A stretch of 64,000 bases of DNA from Gonapodya sp. JEL0774 (taxonomy: Eukaryota). Within the stretch, counting starts at the first letter, position 1; the number at the start of each line of letters is the position of its first letter. Location: assembly GCA_027604505.1 (NCBI GenBank), contig JADIIX010000035.1, positions 62,001 to 126,000 on the forward strand, read 5' to 3'. This document shows positions 48,968-62,888 of the stretch, one piece after another. The position numbers and the translations under genes are program-made. The notes beneath the pieces were generated by a model. The model was not told the origin of the DNA. It saw nothing but the letters and a program-made list of their open reading frames with translations, and ran no database searches.

Positions 48968-51900
48968 ATGGTCGTGCGTGCAGATGCGCTGGATGCTACA
49001 AATCTTAGCAATGGCTCCATGCTCTCGCCTTTGCATGGCCCTGGTGGCCCGGGCCTCTCCGCAAAATTCACCCAAACCCTCCCGCGCCTCGGGTCTTCCG
49101 TCGCACCCCATATTGCAGAACTCGCCACTTCAGTTCGGGTCTCATATGCTAGAGTTCGACGGGACAAAGGGGCCATACCGATCGATGCAGCGTGGTTGGC
49201 GTATTGGAATGCAATCGTGTTGGCAGCTCAATTCGCAAACATGGTGTTGCTGCCTATTGGAGTATGTACACACTAATACGTAATTGCTATCTAGCCGGTG
49301 TGCGAGTTTGCTCACCTGTAATCACTTCATAGTTCGCTTGGCCATGCGAGCTTTCGGGAGGTGGAGGGTTCGCAGCATTCCTTTTTCTCATCGTGGATAT
49401 ATCCGGTTTGCTGGACGTGCTGATCACTTCTATTACTGAATGTAAAGAGTGAGTGCTAGCCTTTTTCAAGGCTAAACGGTGTATTGTGCCATCTAAACGT
49501 GGTTTTGGCCCTTCACAGCGAATATGGGTGAGTCACGAAGCGTAAGGTCATATCTGTGCACTCCAACAAAATCATATTCAACATGATTTTCTGTGCAACT
49601 TCAGTATTCTCATTACCAGTCCATCAGAAAGTAAGCGTCGACTCCGCCCTCAAAAGAATCACCGTTCAACAACTCTTACTCCCTTCAGTCCGTTACCGAT
49701 ACTTTTCTGATAAGGGGTGGCTCCACTGTTTGTGTGCTATCCCGTGGGACGTTATTCCATTGGCAATTGCTGGCGTGCGAGAGGCACAATGTGTTCCAAA
49801 TGGGTACGTGAAAACCAAACTGTTGTAGCTAACTACTGTTTCTGATCTATGACCTCTGTTGTCAGTTCTTTTGATTTGTACCGGGCCTGGTCCATTCTCC
49901 GCCTTTTGCGTATTGTGAACCTCAAAAAGTTTCTGATATTTTTTGGAAACGTCCGCATTCCTGGCCTACACGTCTGTATCGCATTTCAAGGTCCATAATT
50001 TTCTGTTCTGCATCTCACCGATTTTCCACCCGTCTCACCCTGCCTGCCTCGCAACAGTACTCAATCATCCGCCTGATAAAAAACGTCGTCATAATCGTTT
50101 ATCTCGCGCACCTCTCCTCAGCACTATTCTTTTTTATATCCTCGATGGAGAATACTCACTTAGCTTGGATAAATCGTGCTGGCATTGGATACGAGACGGC
50201 CGAAATGGTGGAGCTCCCGTTTCAATCCAGGTGAGTGCGCGTGTGAACTATGTTGCCGAACACAATTCATTTACTTTCTCTTGTAGATTTTTGATTTCTT
50301 TTTGGGCAGCCGAAAAGTCTATCTTTTTTGTTTTCCGCGAGACAGAAACAGTTGCTGAAAGGACCTATTGTGTTATTGAGGCGCTTTTCGCCGCAGTCAT
50401 TTACGGCTCGCTGTTCGGAAATATCGCATCTATAATCAGGTTTCTGGATAGCAGTGAGGCAGGTGAGTGTACAGATCCTTTATCAGCGAGTGTACTTGGA
50501 GTAGGAGATCACCACACGTCTGTAAATAGTCCAAGAAGTGCAGCAAAGACATGCTCTTCGACTCGGTCAAATGCGCCGATACATGCATGGCAAGGCCTTC
50601 CCCGTGGAGCTGCAGAAAAAGGTTCTGGACCACGAGAACTTCAGGCTCGTAAGAAACCAGGGGATGGATGATTCCAATCTGTTCAAGGATCTACCGCGAA
50701 CGTTACAAGTCGAAATTTATTCGCATCTTTATCTTGATCTCGGTGGGTGAGATCTCATCACCCTCCGAACGGTCTCATTCTTCTAATGCTTCATGCGCAG
50801 TCCGCTCCCTTCCACTTTTCCAAGGTACACATCCACTTTTCCAGACCTCCATTGTCCTTGCCCTGCGTCCTGTTACCGTTCTTCCTGGATGGTACGTATT
50901 CCGAGAAGGAGACGAAGCACGTGAGATGTTCTTCATACAAAGTGGGACAGTCGAAGTGTGGGTTGTTGGGGGAACGCAGGTAGGCAATGATTTTAATGTT
51001 TCGAACCCGTAAGTATCTTCACTTCTTCTCTATTTCGTGTTTTGTGTAGATGGTCAACAAGCTGGGACCTGGGAAATTTTTTGGTGAGGTAGCACTGATG
51101 GAGGAATCCAAGCGATCTGCTTCCATTCGGGCTGCGGAAACAGTCGAACTGTGTGTTCTGAACAAAACGGATTTTGACAACATTGTGGTTGGTAGTTTTG
51201 AAATTTTTTGCTCGGATCGAGATGGTTTCATCCCCAACATGATGGCACTGCACAGGCGTCGCACCCAGCTGTTCAAGAGAGATTAACTAAGTCAATCGAA
51301 GAGCGCAAAAAGGCCGAGGAACGAGCACTGGAGAGGATGAAAAAGATGGAGGGCGGTGGGAAACGTGGTGGGAAAGGCCGACGAGAGTCGGTCTTGGCGC
51401 GCCTAGCAAACAGGGACGGAAGTGATGGGGAGATTAATCAGCAGGGCAACAAAGTCTGGAATAATATAACGTGAGTAAATTCTGGAACGGTTTCGTCGTA
51501 GTGGACTAGTTACGACTATCTTCGTGTTGCAGCAACAACCTACGGAAACTGTCGATGATTCAAAACCCTGACCCCGCAAGTGCACTTGAAGCCCTCACAG
51601 AAAGCAGTTCCCAAGATCCACCCCATCCTATTACAAATAATGAAGCCAAGCCGAACACAGGCTTGTCCGCATTAGCATCGCGCATTCCGCGGATCGCAGA
51701 TTCGCTGAATGAGCTCGATGACGGCTTTGACCCCAGAGCGCCGCCAATGAACTTCAGCACTTCCGAACCACAGCTGGCGGAGAGTGCTATAGGAAGCAGA
51801 CAATCTGTCGCGACATCCAACAACCCACCACCCAAACAGACGGACAAGGAATCCGACAAGCAACAACAATTACATCCTTCCAAATCGATAGCCAAATCAC

Positions 51901-52058
51901 ATTTGGTTGACTTACCTCTCCCAACAATCCTGTCGACTGACGATGGACGAATCTCGGTGGACGCTTCCCATCCCCAACCCCCATTGCGGGAAGCTGGCAG
52001 TGCCGTTCTGGTAACTCGAGGGGAAAACATTCTAGATGACTCTTCCGATGACACATGA
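48968..52058 (+). CDS. Cyclic-nucleotide-binding 6-TM channel-like protein (CNG/HCN/KCNH superfamily, multi-exon)
   Basis: S1 WNAIVLAAQFANMVLLPI; S3 LCAIPWDVI; S4 ILRLLRIVNLKKF; S6 IYGSLFGNIASII; C-linker MRRYMHGKAFPVELQKKVLD..LFKDLPRTLQVEI; CNBD YVFREGDEAREMFFIQSG..GKFFGEVAL..RSASIRA. Start codon uncertain. Confidence 0.88.
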
Positions 52059-52175
52059 ATCGCAATTATCCCATCAGCTATTTATGGTTGTCTGGAACTT
52101 CAAACATTATATATCGTCAATACATTGCGGAAATGTTGTTCTTCATTTGCCCTGAGCTTCAAGTCACTCCCTTTG

Positions 52176-54539
52176 CTAGGACACATACATGTTTATCTGG
52201 GGATACACCTGGATAACATTTTTGAGTGAGGAGTGCGATGCAAAGAAGAACACGACAATCCGCATTACGAACCCTTTGGATTTCCTGAAACAATGCAGGC
52301 TTGGTCCTAGCGAGAGCATACGGGTCCTCCGCTGAAAAAAATTATGGCCAAGGTTAGAACCCTCAATGTGTAAGCATCAAGAGCAACACTTACCCAAGCA
52401 GACAAACGTGGTTGCAACGCCACTGTTTATAATGGAAGAAATTGAACCAAAGATTGCAAGGCCAATCATCAAACAAATGATTGCTGACAGTGCAATGACG
52501 CCAGCAGGATCACTGGTGCCGGCCCATTGGTACCTTTAAAAGAAGAGTTAAGTGAAAGCCTCCATTTAAACATTAACCAATGCTGCTCACCAATTGGATT
52601 TCACACTATCGGAGAAGGCAACATACAGACCTCCGACTGCCGCGCAGAGAACACCAATCAGCAGCGTACCCATCCCCAACACCTAGCGGAGCGTAAAGCA
52701 AAGGTCTGAGACTTTGAATGCTCGGCAAAGTCCCGTCTGCCAAATTACTCACATTTCCTATCAACGAGTCGTTGATGATTGCGTCAACGCCCTTCCTCTT
52801 AACCAAATTCCACGTATCCTTGGCCGCACTACAATAGTCTTTCCCATAAATTGCCACCTCCGCAAACGCGTACACGTTGAAGTATTCCACAAGATCCCCG
52901 AGCATTTGTAACAAACATGCCAGGCACGCAGCGATGAATACACCAATGATGTTGCCATCTCGCGCGGATTCATTGCGGGCATTCTGAGCAATAGCTCGTA
53001 ATGTTTGCTGTGGGTTTAGGACGTTCAATTTAGCCAGCTCCCAATCAGTCATCTTTGCGCGATGTCCAGCATCTCACAATAATCGCGATAAGCAGAGAGC
53101 CATAGCAGATAGACCCAAACGAAGTAGTGGTTGAACGTTTGAATGAACCCCAAACTGGAGAAGGGACGTTAATGTCGACGCTGCCGGACAGAGGGTTTTG
53201 GATGCCCTTAGCAAATTAAGAGTTCCACATGAGACTCTGACGCGTTATCTTCAAGCAACCAACATACCAAGAAGTAGTACGATGCATAGAGACCTGCACA
53301 TGTCCAAGAAGGGTGAGCTCCGACTTGAGGGCAACAAAATGAAATGCATCTCCCACCTGCTGTCGTCACATGGCCCACGTTACCAATAACCTGCGCAACC
53401 CAGTACATTGCGAAGACGCAATAAACCCACAGAATTATCTGCGGCACATTGGTTGAGTTGGTGTTGTTGGAAGTGGTGGTGGAGAACTTGATGGTGAGGC
53501 CAACAAATGTTATGGACCACAGTACGACCCAACCAATGGTGAACACAAGTTGGACGAGGGCGACGAGGAAGAGCGATGGGACTGAATCGCAACATGTCAG
53601 ACTCGTGATCAAAGAAGGGAAACGCACACGCCCGAGCCTGACCACTCACACTGGTTCGCAACTCCCAAAACGTTTTCCAACATGAGAATTGCAAACGGGA
53701 TTCTGCTCCTCCAGCTCCAGTAGATGAACGCAAACACGAATGCCAGGACGACCCAAATGATACCTCCGACATATTGCTTCTGGTAGAAGAACAAGGCGGC
53801 GAGCAAGAAATTGGAGAGGATTGCGAAGTAAAATGTGCTTTTCACGAGGAAGGACGTGAATCTGAATGAAGGTACAGGTTTTAGAAAGTCGGAATGGGAG
53901 GAGCGAGGGAAGTGAACATTCTATCTCACACCGAAAAGTGGATGATGCCAACTTCTCACTCACTTCAACATCAAGTAGTAATATCCCGCACTGAGCACGC
54001 TCGCCACGGCGACCCCGACGGCGAGAACAGTGGCGGCATCCTTGATTGGCAGAGGTGCCCCTTTATTCGAGCTTTGCGAGTTAATTGTAGGGATAGCAAT
54101 TATGGCCATGGCTAGGACAAGGACAAAATAACTCAGTTGTGGGTTTGCTTTCCGGGACCTTAATTGCTTTGGAACAAAGCGAGCCCGACAATATGGCGCA
54201 ACACCCACCTGCAAAGGATGCCAGCAACAAGCAAAAGAGCACCGACGCCCAAAGATCCTGAAATTTCGGTCTCTGGTTGATTTGCACACCAGATTGTGTT
54301 GGGGCGCCACCCTGAGGGGGAAGGCTACTCGGCGGAGGGTACGCGACATGCTGCTGGTACGAAGAGGGAATGACTTCGTTTGAGGGCAGACCACTGTACG
54401 TGCCGTCTGTGCGGTGGGGTGGGTGATAAGTCCCGATTTTTTTTCCAAGTGTAGGGTGATACGATTTGAGTCAATATTACTCACATTGAGGTGGCGGGGG
54501 GTACAGAGGTGGTGGCTGCTTGTAATGCTTTTCCGTCAT
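52176..54539 (-). CDS. PNS1: Pns1 / choline-transporter-like (SLC44) membrane protein (multi-exon)
   Basis: PKFQDLWASVLF; WRSRIPFA; YWVAQVIGNVGHVTTAG; RSTTTSFGSICYG; EYFNVYAFAEVAIYGKDYCSAAKDTW..DAIINDSLIG; TFVCL.EDP. Confidence 0.92.
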
Positions 54540-55279
54540 AGTAGAAATCCAACGCTCTTAGGGTGGAGGCCTGATGGGATATATGGTATCCAACGCGCTC
54601 AACGCAATCAAGAACAAGTGGGATGAAATCTGACTATCTTTGCCGCAGCGAACCGAGAGACGATACGTTGAGATACATTTCATGGTTCAATGTTGGAGCC
54701 TAGTTCCATTCGACAATGATTGCACAAACGCAATGCGGCTGACGTCGAACTCTGGCTTTGGGACTCAGTTGGTGACTGATGACCGCACTTCGTTCGCCGG
54801 CGCTTCGTTCGGTCATTCCGTTCCTTCTACTCGTGCGCCATCTTCTTACTCACTAGTTTTTTTGGCTATGCAGGCTCTTGCTGCTAGCGATGGTCCCAAT
54901 GAAGCTGATACCTGACTATGGCCAGCCTGCTGTCATGGTGAGCAAAGCTGAAGAACTCACATCCCATTGCAGAATTCCTCAATTGAATTGTACGGAATTG
55001 CACCCTTTTAATTCTACCCTTCGACTGTCGAAGTTAGAGAAACCTCTATGTACTCTCAGTGTGTACTTCCGATTGCTTGAATCACAGTTCATATCTGGTC
55101 TTCAAACTTCAAGCTTCTGAAACTAGGAAGCAAGGAAATAGTCTGATATACTTCATGTTAGGCTGATTTGAAGTTCACAGGCACAATGAACAAACATTAC
55201 GTATGGGGCTTGCATTTGGTCAGCTCTTGGAGGCGCTCACATTTGGGAAGAAAGTCATCCACTGGTCCAGAACGTACAA

Positions 55280-58200
55280 ATGGGCGAACCGCTACCGCAA
55301 GTGATCTATAACTTGCGCCTGGCAGATGATGGAAGTCCCCCTGGACGGACAAAGGTGAGTTTATTTTGTAAAATCTGAGCTGTTGAAGGTCGTGATCAAG
55401 GCTAGCAGCGGCGCCCTACATTTTCTCGCGATTCTTGATGCAATGGCGATAGCCGGCCAGCATAGGGCAATTTGTTGATGCTGGGACGATCGCTGGCCTG
55501 TGGGCTTTTCATTCTTCCACAATCATGCACTCCGCGATCACTTTACCGGCTTGAATCGCCCCCCTGTCCATCACCACATTCAGTTCATCCGCCTTCCTGC
55601 TCCGAATCCAGACCACCCATACTCTCTGCGCTTCGTGATTACCGCAGGATCCACTGCTGCTCTCGGGGCTGAGCTGAAGACCAACTATCCAGTAAAAGGG
55701 TGAGCGCCGTTCTGCACGAGAAACGTAAGAAGCTAAAGCAGGCTTATCAAGATCTGTTATCTTCCAATATTCCTTGCATTTTCCCCTTCACTTCCTTTTG
55801 GAGCAGAAAAGAGTACTACCGACATGTGTTCAACACTGTTCCGTGAGTGCAGTGTGCTTGGAGAGAGATGTGGGCAGATGCTGGACGAAGTCACATTTGG
55901 ACACGCGACACCGCAATACCTGACCTGTGGTTTTAGCTATGGTCATTTCTGGAAGAATCTCGGAATGTGTTGGATGTCCAGAGGAGATTCGATTATCAGC
56001 ACCAGTCATATCCACCAGCTGCCATTTCAATGTGCCCGAGCGTGCGAGATGGACTAAAGAGTTCTACTCACCGTTTGTCTGCTGTCGTTGCCCCTGATTT
56101 ATCACTCATCCTCTTGATCACGTTGTCTGATGGCCCACCGCCCAGTTTCAACTCCACTCCTCTGTCCGACGCGTCCTGCTCCTTCCCCATAACCCACCCA
56201 GGCATCTTTCAGTACTTTGTGGTCCCCACCCCTCCACCACCCGATCCCAACGCTCCCAGCTCCCTTGACTCCCCCCCGCAGGCCGACCCCGATCCGTTTC
56301 ACCACCCCCTACTCAATTTCAAACCACCAACGAAGGAAGTCGGCCAGGGGAAAGCAGCGGCAGCATGCATGGGATACGTTTTGGTAGACCCAAGGATGCG
56401 GTGAGTAGCCTCGGAGGTGGCGGAGAGTCTGGCGAGATGTGTGGTTCTAGTCACCAACGAGGGGTATCCAACATGGTGGACAATTCTCTAGAAGGTGGAT
56501 TACGGGAATGGCTGAGGTGAAGACACGTGAGCAACACGAAATCTTTCGGCCTTGCATATCTATCAGATATCGCTTACAAAGCAGAAAGATCGACGCTTCG
56601 ACTGAGTTTCTGTAGGGAGTTTTACAACCTGCTTTAATACTCAAAGATATTTTTCCTTCCTACCTCGCACCAGATTCTTTACCCCAGATCTCAGCCCAAC
56701 ATACTCTGCCGAACCTTCGCCCACTCTCGTCACTGGCTTGGATGGAATCTGCATACAAACAGTCATCCCCAAATGGCTCCCCACCATCCCCCAGTGGCGC
56801 CCTCATTTTCAAGCCTGCGCCGACGCTGGTTATAACATGGTTCACTTTGCGCCAGTGATGCAGCGCGGAGCGTCAAACTCGCCATACTCTCTTTATGACC
56901 AACTGGCCATTTCGGACGACTTGTATGACGGAAAACTAGCGGAGGAACAGAAGCAGAGGGTGCTCAAGGGTATGTTGGACGTGATGAGGAGTGATTTGGG
57001 AGTGCTGAGCGTGACGGATGTTGTGTGGAACCACACGGCGCACAACAGTGGTTGGTTGAAGGAACACCCTGAAGCAGGTGAGTGTATTTGTGGTGAACTT
57101 GAAATGAGAGTGCTTCCATTCGCGTGATAAAACTTCCTCCCACCTCACCTCCATATCAAAGGTTACAACCTTGTGAATAGCCCACACCTCCGCCCTGCGT
57201 ATGACCTGGACCGCTCCCTCATTGATTTTTCGGTCTCTCTCTCCCAATACGGTCTGCCGCCAACTATTGACTCCGAAGCTGCTCTAGATCGCGCTGTGTC
57301 CCTCTACTTTACAGATGTATTCCCGAAACTGGAACTGTGGAAGTACTTCGTAGTCGACGTGAAGTCCACGGTGGATACTTGCTTGTCGATTGCTGGGAGA
57401 TCCGAGTGGAACTGGAGTGATTACGGTCCCTGGGCCGCCGAACGAGACCTCTCGAGCCTGTCACTGAAAGACCGGAGCCAAGTGTTCGCCAAGCATGCAC
57501 TAACAGTGAAGCCGGGGATCAAGTTTGGTAAGACCGTGGATCCCGCAGCGGCTTTACGTTTCCTCGGGAAGCTTCTTGCGGATGAGAAGGTCTCCGAAAC
57601 GCCTGGGTCCGCTAGCTACATCAAGGTTTTGGAAGTGCAGCTGACGAAGACTTTGGACGAGCTGAATTTGCCGTGGTACCAGACTTATGACGAGGACCTC
57701 AAGGTTATCAGAGAGAATGTTGAAGGGAGAGCACGCTTCCTTCGGTTGACGGAGCACGGTCCGAAGAAAGGAGCTCTGACAAGAGAGTCAGTTAAGTCGT
57801 TTACATTAGTTGAATTGCTCGCGTCAACTGATGCTCCACACCCTCGACTTCAGTAATCCCATCTCCGATGTCAACTTCACGCAAATCGACCGTGATGAAC
57901 TGACGTCAAAGCACCACCCAGATTCTTTAATAGTTGCCAACAACGGATGGATTTGGAACGCGGACCCCTTAAATGTGAGCTCGCTGGTGGGCAACTACTT
58001 TTGTGTTCACATCTATTTGACACATGTTGAGGAACAGGACTTCGCCGCACCCGGGCCCACATGTCCCTATTTTAGACGAGAAGTGATTCCCTGGGGTGAC
58101 TGCGTGAGTGTGTGCTTGCTTGAGCGTTGGCACCTTCATATAAAACACTGCTCTTTGAATAGGTAAAGATGCGTTACGGCTCCAAGAAGGAAGATAATCC

Positions 58201-61200
58201 TTACCTCTGGGTAAGCCACCCGAAATATTGTTGGAGAGTAATGTTTGGCATCCAGCGACGCTTCTGTCCTTAGGATCATATGGAACGTTACACTGTCCTT
58301 ATGGCAAGACTTTTTGATGGTTTCCGCATTGACAACTGTCACTCTACCCCAATACATGTCGCCGAGTACCTGTTGGACGCAGCTCGCCGCGTCAATCCGG
58401 ATCTGTTCGTGATGGCCGAACTATTTTCTGGTGCGGAGGAGAAAGACATTTTGTTCGTGAGCAAGCTCGGAATCAACGCCCTCATAAGGGAGGCAATGAA
58501 CGCATGGGATCCCTTTGAGTTAAGCAGGCTTGTGCACCGGCACGGAGGACAGGCTTTAGGTGAGCGCATCTTCTGATCGATGTTGGTCTCTCAGACTCAA
58601 TGTAATTAATTATTTCTCGCGGACAGGGTCATTTACTCTCAATTCGGAGTACGTCCCTCTTCACATTCTTGGACATAACCAGAAAGAGGGGGTTCCTGGT
58701 AGTTCTGGATCTTCTGCACGAACATTTGTTGTCGATGTCAAAGGGAACGCTCCCAACGCTGTTTTCATGGAGTAAGTCTGGTACATTGCGGGGAAAAGTG
58801 AGCCATTTCTTGATCGCCGAATGTTTTCAGTTGCACACACGACAATGAGACGCCGGCACAAAAGCGTACCCCGGAGGATACTCTCCCGAATGCAGCGGCA
58901 GTCGCAATGGCCAGCTGTGCGATTGGATCAGTTAAAGGATACGACGAATTGAACCCGAAACTTTTGGATGTCGTTAACGAATCTCGGAAGTACAAAGTAG
59001 CCACGCTAGATGATGGTATCATTCGAGGTGGGGAACTGCTTTGGGCATTCGTCTGAAGGCTCCTTCCTTCAAAGACGCTGTCTTGTCAGCGAAATCCATT
59101 TTGCAGAGACTTCACTTGAAAATGGCCCAAGATGGGTACTCAGAGATTCACGTACATCAAGAGACTGAGGTGAGTTCTCTGGAAACTGCAGTTCTGTCAC
59201 GGACCTTAACCATGTCGGGTCCTCGGCGTATGCAAGTTTATTTCCATTCACCGTAAGAATCCGGTCACACACGACGGATATCTGATGATCGCAAGAACTG
59301 CTTTCAGCAAGTCGAGTGGTACAGGTGAGTTTGGAGCCCGGAAATCAGCCAGATCAGTATTTTTACTTCTCACCAATTTCTTAAGGCGTGGGTCACCAAC
59401 CTATTTACCTCCGGCAACAGCAGAGCAGACTCATTTTTGCAGCGTCAATCAAAATGCAAGGAGCCAAGCTCGACATAAATGGTGTCCAATCGAAAGATGC
59501 CACAAATGGCGCAGCACCTAAAGCGAAAGCTGCAGAGCTCATTGAAGGGCTACCCTCTCATTTGTCCTTTGAGACACATGCTACTGCAATGGTGGAAATA
59601 GATAGCAAACCTGAGGACAATGGTGATTCCCTGACCGTAATTCGAGTTCTTCCTGACAAATTTGTACCTGGGAGTGTGGTTCTTTTCCGGACAAGCACGG
59701 TTGGCTCGGGGATCGATATGCAATCTTCCATCAGGAGCCGTGTGGCTTCGAACAATATGCCTTCGGATACGAACGAGGGCAAGCTTGCTCGGCTTTGGAG
59801 CTTGCTGGGCTTTGACAATGAACATGCAGTGCTTCAGATGATGCTCAACGTTGGTGCAGACTACCTTACTGCTGTTGGCAAAGGCTGGTTTGGAGTTGAT
59901 AAGAGACATTGGCCACCTGGTCTCTTTGATGCAGTAAAAGAGCTTCACGTTACAGATCTAAATGTGGTGCTATATCGCAGTGGAGCTGAGGAATGGGATG
60001 TGATAGGTTCGTCGCCGTTTTGATTTCGAGAATTTCGTTACATAGTTTTACTTTCCGATCACCAGGGTGTGAGACGTACGATGTGCCTGGCTTGGGACAT
60101 CTATCATATTGTGGACTTCAAGGATTTGTGTCGGCGCTCAGTCCCGTGGCTCGCAACAACGATCTCGGTGCGGCTGTATGTGGAAATCTGCGAGCGGGCC
60201 CTTGGATGATGGATTACATCGTCGGCAGGCTCGAGAAGTATGATTCGGATTCTTTTATCTCTTGAACATTTATCTGACTCAATTTTTGGATGAACCCTGT
60301 CAGATACTCGGAACTGTACCCTCGCACTGAAGGCATCAAGAACTGGCTAGACCAAAGATTCAAACTCATTCGCTCTCTGTCTGCGGATCTCATTCCGAAA
60401 TATTTCGGACTGACACTGTTCTGCGCATATCAAGGATGTCGTATCCGTGCCGTGGATCTTCATTCTCTCACTGGATTCTCGAAGAAAAGTGAAACGAACT
60501 CCTCACCGTTCACGGATTCACTTGAGCTCTTTGCACATGGTTTGGCGATGGGGGCACCGCAGATGTATGGGCATGTCAATTCGGCGGGCTTGGTTCCAGA
60601 TGCTGCTGTGGGGTTTGTCGGCAAGCTCCCACCGTCAGTTGTGCACCCGGACAAGTCCGTGAAAGTAGCGTCCCTTGCGGCAGGGCTTCCCCATTTCGCA
60701 AAAGATTACATGCGCGTATGGGGTCGAGATGTCTTCATATCACTTCGAGGGAACCTTTTGCTGACTGGCGCGTACGATGCTGCGAAAGCGCACATCATTG
60801 GCTTCGGAAGCACCCTTCGCCACGGTCTGATCCCTAACTTGCTTGATAGTGGAAAGAACCCCCGATACAACGCCCGTGACGCTTCTTGGTTCTGGCTACT
60901 TGGGGTTCAAGAATATGTAAGGATGGCCCCAGAGGGGGTCGCATTGCTTGCGGCGGAAGTACCGCGGAGATTCGCGCCTCCTCGACGCTACCGCAAGAGC
61001 TTTGATGGCAAGGTGACACCGATCGACACTGATCAGGAAGATGAGTTGACAGATAAATTTGTCGAATGGGACACACCCGAAAGTTACAAGTTCAAGTCTA
61101 CCATCGCGGATCTGATTTTTGAAATTCTTGATCGTCACGCTCGGGGAATCAAATTTAGAGAATGGTGATTTTGTTCCTCGTGCAATAGCTTGCTCTGGGT

Positions 61201-62602
61201 CTAATATGGCTGTTGGCACAGGAATGCGGGACCTCGGCTCGACGAACACATGAAAGACGAAGGCTTCTTCGTCGAAACACGAGTAAGATTCGAAGATGGC
61301 ACTGGTTTTGTAACTGGAGGCAGCAGATTCAACTGTGGAACTTGGATGGTGAGAAATTGATTGTTATCGTGGCTCCCGAAATTTTCTGATGTCATATTGG
61401 AACCCCTCCAGGATAAAATGGGATCCAGCGAGAAATCTGGAAATCGTGGTTTTCCCACCACCCCTCGTGATGGTGCGGACGTGGAAATCGTTGGGCTTTG
61501 TAAAGCAGCGGTCGGATGGTGCGCAAAACTGTCCAAACAGGATGGTGGCAAGTGGTTCCCTTACAAGGGTGTCACCTCGAGCGGCACGTTTATTTCGTGG
61601 GACCAGTGGAACGAGATGCTCTTATCTTCTTTTGAGAAACATTTCTTCATTCCCGAAGGTATGTCCCGAGCGTGTCTAGCGTTCGGGAGTGGTGTGCTGA
61701 GACCACCGATTCTGGACAAGATGAAGCGCAGTACCCACAATACGTCCTCAACCCGGAGCTTGTTAGGCGTAAGGGCATCTATAAGGATACGTATGGTGCC
61801 TCTCTCAAGAATATGGACTACCAACTGCGACCAAACTTCTGCGTTGCAATGACCGTGGTCAGTACTCATTTGTTTGCCTTTTCCGCGATTCGTTGGTATG
61901 GTTTTAAACCGGCACAACTTCCTGAACAGGCCCCTGAGCTATTTGATCCCCAACATGCCAAAGTTGCGCTGGAAAATGTGAAGAAGGTTTTGCTGGGACC
62001 TCTTGGTTCGTATTGTCTCACACGGGAATTGCTACACTCATCTATAAAAGTAATGTTTCCCGCATTTTTTTCACTTTCTTTTCATGATTGACAGGTATGA
62101 AAACTCTTGATCCCGAGGATTGGGCCTACCGAGGGTACTACGACAACTCTAATGACTCCGGTGATCCGAGTGTTGCGCATGGAGCCAACTATCACCAAGG
62201 ACCTGTGAGCAAACCCCTTCACTAGCGCTTAATCGGGTGTTTTGTTAGTAACGTCCGTGCCTTTGAAGGAATGGTTCTGGCCGATGGGATATTTTCTTCG
62301 TTCTTACATGAAGTTCCACCGAGGGCAAGTCGACAATTCTTCTCTGACTTATTTCGTCCAACGAGTGCTTCTCAAACCCAAACATCATCTATTGGACGTG
62401 GTGCGGAGTCCGTTTGCGGGCCTTCCAGAACTGACCAATGCGAACGGGGAATTCTGTCCTGGATCATGTCCGACGCAGGTGAGAGGGAACCACAGGTATG
62501 ATTAGGCTCACTGTGAGGATAGCGTTTATTGGCTTCCCTTTTCGATAGGCATGGTCGCTGGGCTGTCTTCTGGAAGCCGTACAGGACGCAGTTGTTACTT
62601 AG
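55280..62602 (+). CDS. GDB1: Glycogen debranching enzyme (4-alpha-glucanotransferase / amylo-1,6-glucosidase, multi-exon)
   Basis: [154 protein letters not shown]. Confidence 0.96.
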
Positions 62603-62888
62603 ATATTATTCGTACAGTGTTGCATCATCACCTCGAAATGTCCGCGGTAGTCAACAGAAACAACACCCGTTGTCATCACTTGTATGTAGCAAAGTGGCAA
62701 GAACCCGATCATGTAATTCAACAGTCTGTACTCCTATAATTTTCCGTCTCCCGGCATCGACATAAAGTGTACACCATCGGGAGATCCGGCGGATCAGACG
62801 GCGATCGTGTCTGTGGGTGGACCATCCCTCAAGCTCAGGCTCCTCAGCTGCCCATTATTCTCACACGTCTCTTTCTCCCTCCATTTCG

